Positions 29,287 to 39,032 of a stretch of 64,000 nt of DNA are shown in pieces (the first letter of the stretch is position 1; each line of letters begins with the position of its first letter). The position numbers and the translations under genes were made by a program. The notes under the pieces were generated by a model. That model was not told where the DNA came from. It did no database searches and saw nothing but the letters and a program-made list of their open reading frames with translations. The stretch is from Tissierellia bacterium (GTDB taxonomy: Bacteria; Bacillota; Clostridia; Tissierellales; Peptoniphilaceae), in assembly GCA_012728295.1 (NCBI GenBank), contig JAAYFJ010000022.1, positions 2,006 through 66,005 of the forward strand, in the 5' to 3' direction.

Positions 29287-30129
29287 TTAGTCTTGGTGAA
29301 TAGGTTGATTTACTATAGCAGCATCCATAATAGTCGTTCTATCAGCATCGCTGATGCCTTTTAATATTTCATTAATAGAAGCTGTCAGCTCACTACCTTT
29401 TTTAATACCAACTGAAATAGCAGTATCCTCAGGGCTAGTTTCAAATCCAGGCTCGGGTTCAATCATTGCTAATCCAGGAAGAGCGTCCATAGCAGAAACA
29501 GCTTCAGGTTTTTCAGAAATATAGCCATCGATAGAGCCGGATTGTAGAGCAACTCTCAAAGTAGAGAAGTTATCTAGTGGAACTTGATGTTCAGCGCCTG
29601 TCATTTGATCCACTACGGTATCGTGGAAAGTGTTTAATTGTGCTGCAATTTTTGCGCCTGAAAAATCACTTAGAGTTTTTGCATTGGCATAGGGACCATC
29701 TGCTTTAACTACTACGCAAAGTTGTGAATTGTAATAAGGTTCTGAAAAGTCTATCATTTCAGCACGCTCGGCTGTAGGGCTCATACCTGCCATAATAGCA
29801 TCGATTTTGCCACTTTGAACTGCTGGAGGAAGTCCATCCCAATCAGTTTTTACGATTACTAATTTCCTGCCTAAACCTTCAGCAACTTTTTTTGCTATTT
29901 CAACATCGTATCCGCCAGCAAACTCTTGAGTACCTTCAATTGGAACAGCGCCGTTGGAATCGTCCAGTTGAGTCCAGTTAAATGGAGGATAACCACATTC
30001 CATACCAACTCTTAACTCCTGAGCCTCGGCATTTCCATCGCCTTCGGCAGGAGCGTTGGTTGAAGCACATGCTGTGGTTAATGCAACCACCAATAATAGC
30101 AATAAGACAACAGTTAGATTTCTTTTCAT
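29287..30129 (-). CDS. Polar amino-acid ABC transporter substrate-binding lipoprotein (family 3)
   Basis: Lipobox LTTACAS and a family-3 SBP architecture (VGMECGYPPFNW...DAIMAGMSPT). Confidence 0.9.
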   Translation of the reverse strand: MKRNLTVVLLLLLVVALTTACASTNAPAEGDGNAEAQELRVGMECGYPPFNWTQLDDSNGAVPIEGTQEFAGGYDVEIAKKVAEGLGRKLVIVKTDWDGLPPAVQSGKIDAIMAGMSPTAERAEMIDFSEPYYNSQLCVVVKADGPYANAKTLSDFSGAKIAAQLNTFHDTVVDQMTGAEHQVPLDNFSTLRVALQSGSIDGYISEKPEAVSAMDALPGLAMIEPEPGFETSPEDTAISVGIKKGSELTASINEILKGISDADRTTIMDAAIVNQPIHQD

Positions 30130-30189
30130 GATAATCTCCTTTCAAAATTAGTACTAATTGTACTTTGTTTTATGTACCTTTGAGAGGGC

Positions 30190-30436
30190 AAAATAAAACG
30201 CCCCATGCACATTGCATGGGGCGAAATTCGCGTTACCACCCATATTTATGCCTACGTCTCCATAGGCACCTCAGCAGGTACCATCATACCTCTTTGCTAT
30301 AACGTGCAAACCACGTTGCGACACCCTATGTAATCGCAATGCTCCGAGTCTTTATTCGGCTACCGGCTCGTATTCCCTCTCACCAACGGAAATTCTCTGT
30401 GTCGAAGAACGGCAACGTACTTGTCTCATCTAAGCT
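30190..30436 (-). promoter_or_regulatory. T-box riboswitch leader
   Basis: On the minus strand, in order: GATGAGA K-turn element, AGTA, AGAGA bulge, TGGTGAGAG distal loop, three further hairpins, the T-box sequence AATATGGGTGGTAACGCG (30229-30246), then terminator GCCCCATGCA-atg-TGCATGGGGC plus TTTTATTTT (30191-30222). Confidence 0.8.
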
Positions 30437-30443
30437 TTTTATG

Positions 30444-30472
30444 ATTATACATTTAGTTAACTAAAGTGTCAA
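30444..30472 (-). promoter_or_regulatory. Consensus sigma-A promoter of the T-box leader
   Basis: Minus strand TTGACA (30467-72), 17 nt, TATAAT (30444-49). Confidence 0.65.
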
Positions 30473-30611
30473 TAGATAAATTAATAAATTTAAAAATAAT
30501 TATTAATTTACAATTAAGTTATTTAAACCATATCGGGTATATTCAAATTATAGGGATAATGGTACATATATTGTTAATTGTTTGATGAAATGAAAAATTA
30601 AGGAGGATACT

Positions 30612-31988
30612 ATGAAAAAGTTTCGATGGATAGCGTTGCTATTAATAATGTCTCTTTGTTTAGTGGGTTGCTCAGAGAAATTTTCAACACTTCTGAGTAA
30701 AGATAACGGTGATGAGACAGTAGAGCAAGAAGAAGGCAGTACCGAAAAGAAGAAACCAATTAGACCGCAAAAGCCGTCTAAGCCTACAAAGCCTGAAAAG
30801 CCAACGAAAGAAACTGAGGAGGAAAATGGAGATCTTTCAGATGTAAAAAAACCTTACGAAACCCTATATTCTCTCTATGAAAAAATTATAAAAAATGATG
30901 TTAGAGATTGGGACTTAAACAGAATGTCCGCAAAGCTAGCAAATAGGGATATAGAAAAAGAAAAAATGTATTTTTCATTAGATGTTAATGGATATAACTA
31001 CTATATGACTAATACAGAAGAGCCAGAGAGAATTTTGACCTCATATGCACAAATAGTATTTGCAAATGATGGCAATATCTCAAAACTATCAGAAGTATTG
31101 CCTAAAATAAAATTAACATGCGAAACTATGGATAAAGCATATGATATTGATGCAAAAGAGCTAATAGATGCATGGAAATATGTCAGGGAAAACGAATTGG
31201 AAGAAACTGAATATGGTGATAATATTTATGATTATTCTTCCTATGAAGAGGGAAGTGACATGGTAAAAATAGAGCAGGGAATGGATTTATCTATTTATGG
31301 CATGTCAAATATAGAATATGCTTCAGACGCGATCACTGGTGAAGACTTGGGTATGGAAAATGGAGAACATGTTTCGGTTAACATAATAAAATATGAAGAA
31401 GACAAAAATATGTTTGATAAAGTTATTGATAAAGCAGATGTAATGTATCAAGAGTATAAAAAACAAGGAGGCGGACCTGATAAGAGCAGAAGTCTTGAAA
31501 TGGAATTCTATTCGGCTTACAGCGTAAGTAGGGGGTATTTGACAATTACCTTAGAGGACCAAATTGATGGCAAGGAAACAGATACCAGATTATTTTTTGT
31601 AAGCATCACATTCCAGGATAATTATTGGAGTGAGGAAGACGGCGACTATGTGGAAATGGATAACGAGGAAATAAAGGAAGTGCTAGCAGACTTTTCTAAA
31701 CTATTGCCTAAAGAGGTAGGAGTAAGTGGAAAAGATTTATACAAAGCTTTTGGTGAGATAAAAGAAATGGCGTATTTGGATTCAGGCAACCTTAAAGAAG
31801 AAAAACAATTATTTGAAGATAAAATGGGAGGGGTTAAGATAGCATATTTTGCTCCCATGGAAATGTGTAGAGCCTCATATTACTTTGGATTAAATACAGA
31901 TGGAGAATTTACAAAGCTAGATCTAAATAATTACTCTAAATTTTCTAATTATAGGGTGGAAAACTGGGATTTCGACACTTTTCCATAG
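30612..31988 (+). CDS. Hypothetical lipoprotein
   Basis: Signal peptide plus lipobox (LCLVGCSE), a K/P/E-rich linker, and no recognisable domain. Confidence 0.6.
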   Translation: MKKFRWIALLLIMSLCLVGCSEKFSTLLSKDNGDETVEQEEGSTEKKKPIRPQKPSKPTKPEKPTKETEEENGDLSDVKKPYETLYSLYEKIIKNDVRDWDLNRMSAKLANRDIEKEKMYFSLDVNGYNYYMTNTEEPERILTSYAQIVFANDGNISKLSEVLPKIKLTCETMDKAYDIDAKELIDAWKYVRENELEETEYGDNIYDYSSYEEGSDMVKIEQGMDLSIYGMSNIEYASDAITGEDLGMENGEHVSVNIIKYEEDKNMFDKVIDKADVMYQEYKKQGGGPDKSRSLEMEFYSAYSVSRGYLTITLEDQIDGKETDTRLFFVSITFQDNYWSEEDGDYVEMDNEEIKEVLADFSKLLPKEVGVSGKDLYKAFGEIKEMAYLDSGNLKEEKQLFEDKMGGVKIAYFAPMEMCRASYYFGLNTDGEFTKLDLNNYSKFSNYRVENWDFDTFP

Positions 31989-32118
31989 GAAATACACCAG
32001 TTTAACAATATTTTTGAAAAAACCTTCTAAAAAACAGACTAACGACCTTACAATAAATTTACAAAAATGAATTTTTGTGGTAAAATTTCGTTAGCTATGC
32101 TTAGAAAGAAGGGGTATT

Positions 32119-34599
32119 ATGTTGATTTTATACCTATTACTATTTATTAAGGCGTTTGTATTTTGTTTCGCCACCGGGGTAGAGCAATATTTTGTGCTAA
32201 TTAGTCTAATAACCGTGGCTATCAGCTGGATTATTTTAGGCTTAATAGCAAGGCTTCCTGGGAAAGTAGGAAAGGTCTTAAGTTATGGGTTTTATGTAGG
32301 ACTTAGTTTATTCATGTTTGCTGATGCAATGTATTACTCGTATTTTTGGACTTTCATCACATTTGAAACAATCGTGCAACAAGGTGGGCAGTTGGGTAGC
32401 ATCGTAGATGTGATCCTACTGTTATTAACTGTGTCTAAAGCACTACTTATTATTGATATTCCATTGGTAATAATATTTAATAAAAAGATTGAACAGTGGA
32501 GCGAATCTGTTACAGACAAGCTACACTTAAGAGTATTTGGATATGGGCAGAGAAAGCAACCGCTTAAACTATCTGCAGCGCTGGTATTAGCCAGTATGAT
32601 ATTGTTTTCAATAGTATATAATGCAGGTGGAGAAGCAACCTTGTTTTCTCAAGAATTCTTCCATTTCCATGGCGGAGATATCTTAAAAGTAGGACCAATC
32701 CACGCAAAGAGTGCAGAAATAGAGTCTACAGAGTTATTTACCACTGAAGACGTGTTGCAATTGAAAGAGAATGCTCGGTTAAAACAAGGGAAATGGACTG
32801 GCATAGGCAAAGGGAAAAACTTGATTGTTATTCAGGTTGAGTCCTTGCAAAACTTTGTAGTAAACAACACAGTTGACGGACAGGTAATAACACCTAATAT
32901 AAACGAATTCTTGAAAGAAAAAGGTACAGTTTACTATGACAATTATTTCCACATTACCAGTATGGGATCCACATCAGATGCTGAGTTTGTAACTAATAAC
33001 TCACTACATCCTTCCACAGAGGCTCCCACATACAAACAATATGAGGGAAATACATTTTATGGACTACCATGGTTATTGAGAGATAATGGTTATAATGCAT
33101 GGGTATTCCATGGATTTGAAAGAGCCTATTGGAATAGGGATAAGGCATATCCTCAAATGGGATTTCAAAGATATCTTAGCCAAGAAGACTACTCTGTAAG
33201 AGAGAAAATAGGTTTTGGAATTACGGATAAAGACTTTTTCAAACAGTCAATACCGTATTTGAAAGAACTAGATAATATTGATGATAATCCTTTCTATGCA
33301 TTTTTAATCACGCTGACATCTCACACACCATATGAAATGCCAGCAAAAGAACAGAAACTGAAGCTCCCAGAATACATGGAAGGCACATATTTAGGGAACT
33401 ATTTACAGTCCATACACTATACTGACGAGGCAATTGGACAATTTATTCAGTCTTTAAAAGATGAAGGACTATATGATGACTCAATAGTAGTATTATATGG
33501 CGACCACTATGCAGTTCAAGTATTGACACCAGAAATAGGCGAGACCATGCAAGAATATTTAGGCCATCAATATCGCTTAGACGAGATTACAAATGTACCT
33601 TTGATAATGCATATTCCAGGAGTAGACGAGAGCATTACCAATAGCGAAACCTGCTCGATGATGGACTTTTATCCAACGGTACAAAACCTTCTAGGGGTTG
33701 ACAATGAAAAGGGAATTGTCTTTGGTGAAGATATTAATAACATGACAAAACCTCATGTCGTGAAGCCCCAGACTATTTTAAGAAGAGGTAGTTTCATAAC
33801 TAATGACATTATCTATTCTGTAAATAGAGATGAGATTTTCACACACGGGCAAGTATATGACAGAAAAACATATGAATTAATCGATGATGTCAGCAGTGCA
33901 AGAGAATTATATGAAGAAACGTCCCGTGAAATTGGCTTAGGAGAATATATTTTAAGAAAAGACTTGCTAAAACCTATTTTAGCAGGTGAAGAAATAGAGA
34001 ACCTGGTCAAAAATGATGAAGGACTACTATCGGCTAAACCACTATATGAGTGGGATGGAATGAAAACTATGCTAAGACGAGGTTATCAAGATGGCGTAAG
34101 GCAAGTATTGGTAAAAGGGCGATGGGTTGATGGGAACAAAGGGTTGAATAGCCCCGATAGACTTCTTTTAGGAGAATCAGACATGGATTTATCTGAGCTA
34201 CTAAGATATAAGAGAGATAATCCGGAGCTTCAAATCATCCTAGAATCAGCTGGCGGAAATGAAACGGAATTTTTTGAAAAGTTGAAAAAAATATATCCGG
34301 AAGCATCTGAACAGATTATAGCTGGAATTAGAAAATACGATTCACATTTCTTCGTGGGAGCATATGGCTTTAACGATATGGTTCTAGACTTAAGAGGTTG
34401 TGAATATGAAGAGAACGTTCTAAAAGACTTCTTAAAAGGAAAATATCTTCCGGGAGTCATACTTCCAGATGAGGACAATGGCATTTTACCCGCTGCTCAA
34501 ACTCAAGGAGAGGTAGTATATTTTAGAGCTCCTAGAGAAAAAGGTTTGTTTGAAAAACCAGACGATGAATTGTTACAAGCATTGGTTAAATTAAAATAA
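32119..34599 (+). CDS. LTA-synthase-family (sulfatase-fold) membrane enzyme with a ~200-aa C-terminal extension
   Basis: N-terminal TM bundle followed by a sulfatase-type domain (VIQVESLQNF, TSDAEF, LTSHTPY, VLYGDHY). Confidence 0.8.
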   Translation: MLILYLLLFIKAFVFCFATGVEQYFVLISLITVAISWIILGLIARLPGKVGKVLSYGFYVGLSLFMFADAMYYSYFWTFITFETIVQQGGQLGSIVDVILLLLTVSKALLIIDIPLVIIFNKKIEQWSESVTDKLHLRVFGYGQRKQPLKLSAALVLASMILFSIVYNAGGEATLFSQEFFHFHGGDILKVGPIHAKSAEIESTELFTTEDVLQLKENARLKQGKWTGIGKGKNLIVIQVESLQNFVVNNTVDGQVITPNINEFLKEKGTVYYDNYFHITSMGSTSDAEFVTNNSLHPSTEAPTYKQYEGNTFYGLPWLLRDNGYNAWVFHGFERAYWNRDKAYPQMGFQRYLSQEDYSVREKIGFGITDKDFFKQSIPYLKELDNIDDNPFYAFLITLTSHTPYEMPAKEQKLKLPEYMEGTYLGNYLQSIHYTDEAIGQFIQSLKDEGLYDDSIVVLYGDHYAVQVLTPEIGETMQEYLGHQYRLDEITNVPLIMHIPGVDESITNSETCSMMDFYPTVQNLLGVDNEKGIVFGEDINNMTKPHVVKPQTILRRGSFITNDIIYSVNRDEIFTHGQVYDRKTYELIDDVSSARELYEETSREIGLGEYILRKDLLKPILAGEEIENLVKNDEGLLSAKPLYEWDGMKTMLRRGYQDGVRQVLVKGRWVDGNKGLNSPDRLLLGESDMDLSELLRYKRDNPELQIILESAGGNETEFFEKLKKIYPEASEQIIAGIRKYDSHFFVGAYGFNDMVLDLRGCEYEENVLKDFLKGKYLPGVILPDEDNGILPAAQTQGEVVYFRAPREKGLFEKPDDELLQALVKLK

Positions 34600-34614
34600 T
34601 AGTGTTATAAAGCA

Positions 34615-34645
34615 AAAGGTCGCATTCATGCGACCTTTTGTATTT
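34615..34645 (+). terminator. Rho-independent terminator
   Basis: AAAGGTCGCA-ttca-TGCGACCTTT followed by a T-rich run. Confidence 0.8.
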
Positions 34646-34779
34646 ATAAAATTCTACTGAATATATATATTACAATTCTCATAATCATATAGTATGGTTT
34701 TACACTTTATGGGTAAAAGCAAGATAATGAATAAAATATTGTTTAATGCAATTTACATAAAATATGGGGGGAAATCCTA

Positions 34780-35166
34780 ATGGTAGGAAAGCTAGAGAAA
34801 ACAATAGAAAAATATGGTCATAGAGGGTTGCCAATAAAAATATCAGGAGAGTTGACGAGTCAACTAGACATTAGAGATGCCCTAGCTGATATCATATGTG
34901 AAGTGGCAGATGTCGCAATTTCACATGGGAATGTAACAAATATGGACGTGGAAGTCCACAAAGGTGAATATGCTACAGATATATTTATAAAAAATGATGG
35001 AGAACAGCTCACCATTAATAGTTTAGAAAATAGAATTAATAAAATGAAGCAAAGGGCTTCTAAAATAAGGGGAACTATAATAATAAGAGATGAACAACCT
35101 TTTATTATCCACTTGAAAGTAGCCCACATTATGTTTTGTAAAAGAAATCCATTTATGAAAGCCTAG
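34780..35166 (+). CDS. Orphan histidine-kinase-like ATPase fragment (GHKL-like), possibly a gene remnant
   Basis: Weak N-box-like (ALADIICEVADVAISHGN), G1-like (FIKNDGEQL) and lid/G2-like (KMKQRASKIRGTIIIR) segments. There is no sensor, DHp domain or phospho-acceptor His. Confidence 0.4.
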   Translation: MVGKLEKTIEKYGHRGLPIKISGELTSQLDIRDALADIICEVADVAISHGNVTNMDVEVHKGEYATDIFIKNDGEQLTINSLENRINKMKQRASKIRGTIIIRDEQPFIIHLKVAHIMFCKRNPFMKA

Positions 35167-35227
35167 GGGATTCTGAGGCGCAATTATTTGGAAGCTATAA
35201 AAGGCGTGTAATTTGATAGCTTAGCAC

Positions 35228-35280
35228 TTGATTTTTGAAAAAAATTATCGTATAATAGTTATAGGTCAGAGAAAGTCAAA
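35228..35280 (+). promoter_or_regulatory. Sigma-A promoter with an overlapping CtsR operator
   Basis: TTGATT (35228-33), 17 nt, TATAAT (35251-56). It is followed by GGTCAGA-GAA-AGTCAAA (35264-35280), one mismatch from the CtsR direct-repeat consensus (A/G)GTCAAA-NAN-(A/G)GTCAAA. Confidence 0.7.
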
Positions 35281-35297
35281 CCAAAGGAGATGAGGTT

Positions 35298-36227
35298 GTG
35301 GAATATAAAGATTACTATAAAACACTGGGTGTAGAAAAAAGTGCAAGCCAGGATGAAATTAAGAAGGCGTTTAGGAAACTGGCAAAAGCCTATCATCCCG
35401 ACCTGCATCCCGATGATGATACAGCTCAAGAAAAATTTAAGGAAATAAACGAAGCTTATGAGGTTCTATCAGATCCTAAGAAGCGTCAAACCTATGATCA
35501 ATTTGGAAATACAGGAGGTTTCTCCGGAGGTCAAAATTTCGACCCTAGCCAATACGGTTATACCTACACCTATGGTGGAGGGGGAGATGGAGATTTCAGT
35601 GATTTCTTCAATATGTTCTTCGGTGGTGCTTCAGGATTTGGAGGAGCAACAGGTTCTACACGTACTGGGGGAATTAACTTTTCGGATTTATTTGGAGGAA
35701 ATTCCGCTGGAGGTAGAGCCGCTAAGAGAAATCAGGACGCATATACTACAGACATCAGCATCACTCTTAAAGAAGCCATGGAAGGAACTGACAAGTCCTT
35801 GAGATTAAACTTCAATGGAGAGCACAAAGTCATTGAAGTAAAAATTCCTAAAGGAATCACCTCAGGTAAGAAGATTAGAGTAAAGGGTGAGAAATGGGGA
35901 ATTAAAGGTAATATTTTAGCTACTATAAAAGTGGTAGAAGATCCTAGATTTAGATTAGATGGTATGAATATTCACATGAAACAAAAGGTGACTCCTTGGA
36001 TGGCTGCTTTAGGAGGAAAAGTCATGGTTGAGACACCCCATGGGAAAATAATGTTGACGGTTCCTGAAAACAGCCACACAGGTGCAAAAGTGCGTTTACC
36101 AGGAAAAGGTTTTGTAGATATGAAAGGTAAAAAAGGCGATGGATTTGTGGAATTTATAATAGATAATCCGCAAGTTCTGACCGAAGAGCAAAAATCATTG
36201 TACGAAGAATTGCAGAAATTAAGCTAA
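35298..36227 (+). CDS. J-domain co-chaperone without zinc finger (CbpA-type DnaJ homolog)
   Basis: J domain (DYYKTLGV...[10 protein letters not shown]...EAYEVLSD), a G/F-rich region, and C-terminal substrate-binding domains. No CxxCxGxG repeats. GTG start behind AAGGAGATGAGG. Confidence 0.85.
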   Translation: MEYKDYYKTLGVEKSASQDEIKKAFRKLAKAYHPDLHPDDDTAQEKFKEINEAYEVLSDPKKRQTYDQFGNTGGFSGGQNFDPSQYGYTYTYGGGGDGDFSDFFNMFFGGASGFGGATGSTRTGGINFSDLFGGNSAGGRAAKRNQDAYTTDISITLKEAMEGTDKSLRLNFNGEHKVIEVKIPKGITSGKKIRVKGEKWGIKGNILATIKVVEDPRFRLDGMNIHMKQKVTPWMAALGGKVMVETPHGKIMLTVPENSHTGAKVRLPGKGFVDMKGKKGDGFVEFIIDNPQVLTEEQKSLYEELQKLS

Positions 36228-36281
36228 CGTAGGCGACCGGATGGTCGCCCATTTTATAAGATAATATATGGAGGTAGAAAT

Positions 36282-38867
36282 ATGGATATGAACCGTTTTA
36301 CTCAAAAAAGTATAGAGTCCATTCAGAGATCGCAACAGTTGGCGACTACCTATGGACAGCCGCAAATACAGCCAATTCACTTAGCACAAGCACTAATTGA
36401 AGATTCCGATGGATTGATTGCAAGAGCCATATCTATGATGGGGAAAAATCCCGATATGGTTTTGGCGGATATTGAAAATGAAAGGGATAGACTACCAAAG
36501 CAACAGGGAGGACAAGTTTATCCATCAACAGAATATAATAAGCTAATCGAAAAAGCTCAAACGGAAGCTGGGAATTTGGGAGACGAATATATTAGTGTAG
36601 AACACTTATTTATGTCTTTAATGGAAATAAAAGATAATAAGATGCAGGAAATATTCAGACGCCACGGCATTAATCGTCAAGGCTTTATGGAGGCGTTAAA
36701 GAAAATCAGAGGGAATCAGAGAGTTACCAATGACGACCCGGAAGCAACCTATGAAGCTTTGGAAAAATATGGAACTGACCTATGTGAAGAAGCTAGAAGA
36801 GGTAAGGTGGACCCGGTAATTGGAAGGGACGCAGAAATTATGCACGTGATTAGAATTTTGTCCCGTAGGACAAAAAATAATCCAGTGCTAATCGGTGAGC
36901 CCGGAGTTGGGAAAACTGCTATAATTGAGGGCTTAGCACAGAGAATTGTAAATGGAGATGTACCCGATGGGCTAAAGGACAAAATCGTTTTTGCATTGGA
37001 CATGGGCGCATTAATAGCGGGAGCAAAATATCGCGGCCAGTTTGAAGAAAGACTTAAGGCAGTGTTAAACGAAGTGTCCAGTTCAGATGGAAAGATTATC
37101 ATGTTTATTGATGAGATTCACAATATTGTGGGAGCTGGAAGAACAGATGGTGCAATGGATGCTGGAAACCTATTGAAGCCAATGTTAGCAAGAGGTGAGC
37201 TTAGAACCATTGGCGCCACCACGTTAGATGAATACAGGGAGTATGTAGAAAAAGACGCAGCTTTAGAGCGTCGTTTCCAAAAGGTATTAGTTGGCGAACC
37301 AACGGTAGAAGATACCATTTCAATCCTTAGGGGGCTAAAAGAAAAATATGAGATTCACCACGGAATAAGGATTTCTGATGGTGCTGTTATCGCAGCGGCA
37401 ACGCTTTCTGACAGATATATAAGTGACAGGTTTTTACCTGATAAGGCCATAGATTTAATGGACGAAGCTTCCGCTATGGTTAGAACGCAGATAGACTCTA
37501 TGCCTTCTGATATGGACGCTAAGCGAAGAAAAATCTTGCAGTTGGAAATAGAGAAACAGGCACTGAAAAAAGAAACAGACAAGGCTTCCTTAGATCGTCT
37601 GCAAAAACTTGAACAGGAGCTGGCAGAGGACAAGTCTGAATATGATAGAATGCTTGGCAGATGGGAAGATGAAAAGCGAAGCATTGGAAAAGTTAAAGAA
37701 ATAAAGGAAGAAATAGACAGCGTTAAACATCAGATAGAAGAAGCTGAAAGAAAATATGATTTAGACAAGCTCTCGGAGCTTAAGTATGGCAAGTTAATTC
37801 AACTGCAAGAAGCGCTAACTGCTGCAGAAAAAGCTGCAAATCCTGAAGAGATGATGCTGAAAGAAGAAGTAACAGAAGAGGAGATTGCTATGGTTGTATC
37901 TAAGTGGACAGGAGTGCCTGTTACTAGATTAGCTAAAAGCGATAGAGAAAAACTTCTGAATCTAGACGAGGAATTGCACAAGAGAGTAATTGGGCAAGAT
38001 GAAGCGGTAACTGCTGTTGCAGATGCAGTCCTTCGTGCTAGATCTGGATTGAAATCACCTAATAGACCTATTGGTAGCTTTATTTTCCTAGGACCTACAG
38101 GGGTCGGCAAGACAGAATTGGCCAAAGCTCTGACAGAATCTTTATTCGATGATGAAAAAGCGATGATTCGCATCGACATGAGTGAATATATGGAAAAGTT
38201 TTCTGTTTCCAGATTGGTGGGATCTCCTCCGGGATATGTAGGCTATGAAGAAGGAGGGCAGCTGACAGAGGCTGTTCGTCGTAAACCTTATAGCGTAATA
38301 TTGTTTGATGAAATAGAAAAAGCTCATCCAGATGTATTTAATATTTTGTTGCAGGTGCTGGACGATGGCAGACTTACTGACAATCAAGGTAGGACGGTGG
38401 ACTTTAAAAACACTGTAATTATAATGACTTCCAACGCAGGCTCTCAATATTTAATAGAGGGAGTAAATGAGCAAGGTGAAATTACAGACGAGGCTAGGGA
38501 AGCTGTACAAGATGAATTGCGCCGTACTTTTAGACCTGAATTTTTAAACAGGATTGATGAAATTACTATCTTTAAAAACCTTTCAAAAGAAGATTTATAT
38601 TCGATTATGGACTTAATGATAAATGAATTAAATCAAAGGCTGGAAGAAAGAAATATCGGAATTACACTATCTTCTGTCGCTAAAGAGTATGTGATGAATC
38701 ATGCTTACCACGTGCAATATGGGGCTAGACCAATAAGAAGATATATTCAAAATGAAGTTGAAACAAAATTGGCAAAGAGCATTATAGCTGGAAAAATTAA
38801 CGATGGTGATAGAGTTGAAATAGCAGTAGAAAATGACGAACTGACCGTAAAAATTAATGTAGATTAA
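36282..38867 (+). CDS. clpB: ATP-dependent disaggregase ClpB
   Basis: 861 aa. Two AAA+ modules ([18 protein letters not shown]) separated by the long coiled-coil middle domain. No ClpP-binding IGF loop noticed. Confidence 0.95.
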   Translation: MDMNRFTQKSIESIQRSQQLATTYGQPQIQPIHLAQALIEDSDGLIARAISMMGKNPDMVLADIENERDRLPKQQGGQVYPSTEYNKLIEKAQTEAGNLGDEYISVEHLFMSLMEIKDNKMQEIFRRHGINRQGFMEALKKIRGNQRVTNDDPEATYEALEKYGTDLCEEARRGKVDPVIGRDAEIMHVIRILSRRTKNNPVLIGEPGVGKTAIIEGLAQRIVNGDVPDGLKDKIVFALDMGALIAGAKYRGQFEERLKAVLNEVSSSDGKIIMFIDEIHNIVGAGRTDGAMDAGNLLKPMLARGELRTIGATTLDEYREYVEKDAALERRFQKVLVGEPTVEDTISILRGLKEKYEIHHGIRISDGAVIAAATLSDRYISDRFLPDKAIDLMDEASAMVRTQIDSMPSDMDAKRRKILQLEIEKQALKKETDKASLDRLQKLEQELAEDKSEYDRMLGRWEDEKRSIGKVKEIKEEIDSVKHQIEEAERKYDLDKLSELKYGKLIQLQEALTAAEKAANPEEMMLKEEVTEEEIAMVVSKWTGVPVTRLAKSDREKLLNLDEELHKRVIGQDEAVTAVADAVLRARSGLKSPNRPIGSFIFLGPTGVGKTELAKALTESLFDDEKAMIRIDMSEYMEKFSVSRLVGSPPGYVGYEEGGQLTEAVRRKPYSVILFDEIEKAHPDVFNILLQVLDDGRLTDNQGRTVDFKNTVIIMTSNAGSQYLIEGVNEQGEITDEAREAVQDELRRTFRPEFLNRIDEITIFKNLSKEDLYSIMDLMINELNQRLEERNIGITLSSVAKEYVMNHAYHVQYGARPIRRYIQNEVETKLAKSIIAGKINDGDRVEIAVENDELTVKINVD

Positions 38868-38871
38868 CAAT

Positions 38872-38914
38872 AACTCCCAAAGCTTAAGTAATATTAAGTT
38901 TTGGGAGTTTTCTT
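38872..38914 (+). terminator. Rho-independent terminator after clpB
   Basis: AACTCCCAAA-loop-TTTGGGAGTT followed by TTCTT. Confidence 0.8.
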
Positions 38915-39032
38915 GTGTTCAAACAGGGTATATACACTATTGCCGGAGCATGAATAATGGACAAAATGAGAACAATAGTGTAAAATAAGTATCAAGCACA
39001 AATAGTTTTTAATAAGAAAGGGGAAAGATTTT

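Noticed and set aside
35221-35250. CIRCE (HrcA) element suggested by TTAGCACT upstream of the J-protein gene
   Set aside because: Only one half-site is present. The required inverted partner GAGTGCTAA 9 nt away is absent. The CtsR heptad repeat 35 nt downstream is the better-supported operator.
35458-35802. 114-aa ORF in an alternative frame inside the J-protein gene
   Set aside because: It lies entirely inside a confidently assigned DnaJ-family CDS. It has a biased low-complexity translation, no RBS and no recognisable domain.
38938-38994. 9-bp inverted repeat ACACTATTG-N30-CAATAGTGT upstream of the BMP nucleoside transporter, considered as a riboswitch
   Set aside because: It does not match purine, preQ1, 2'-dG or other nucleoside-related riboswitch cores that I can recall. 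It may be an operator, but I cannot support a specific call.
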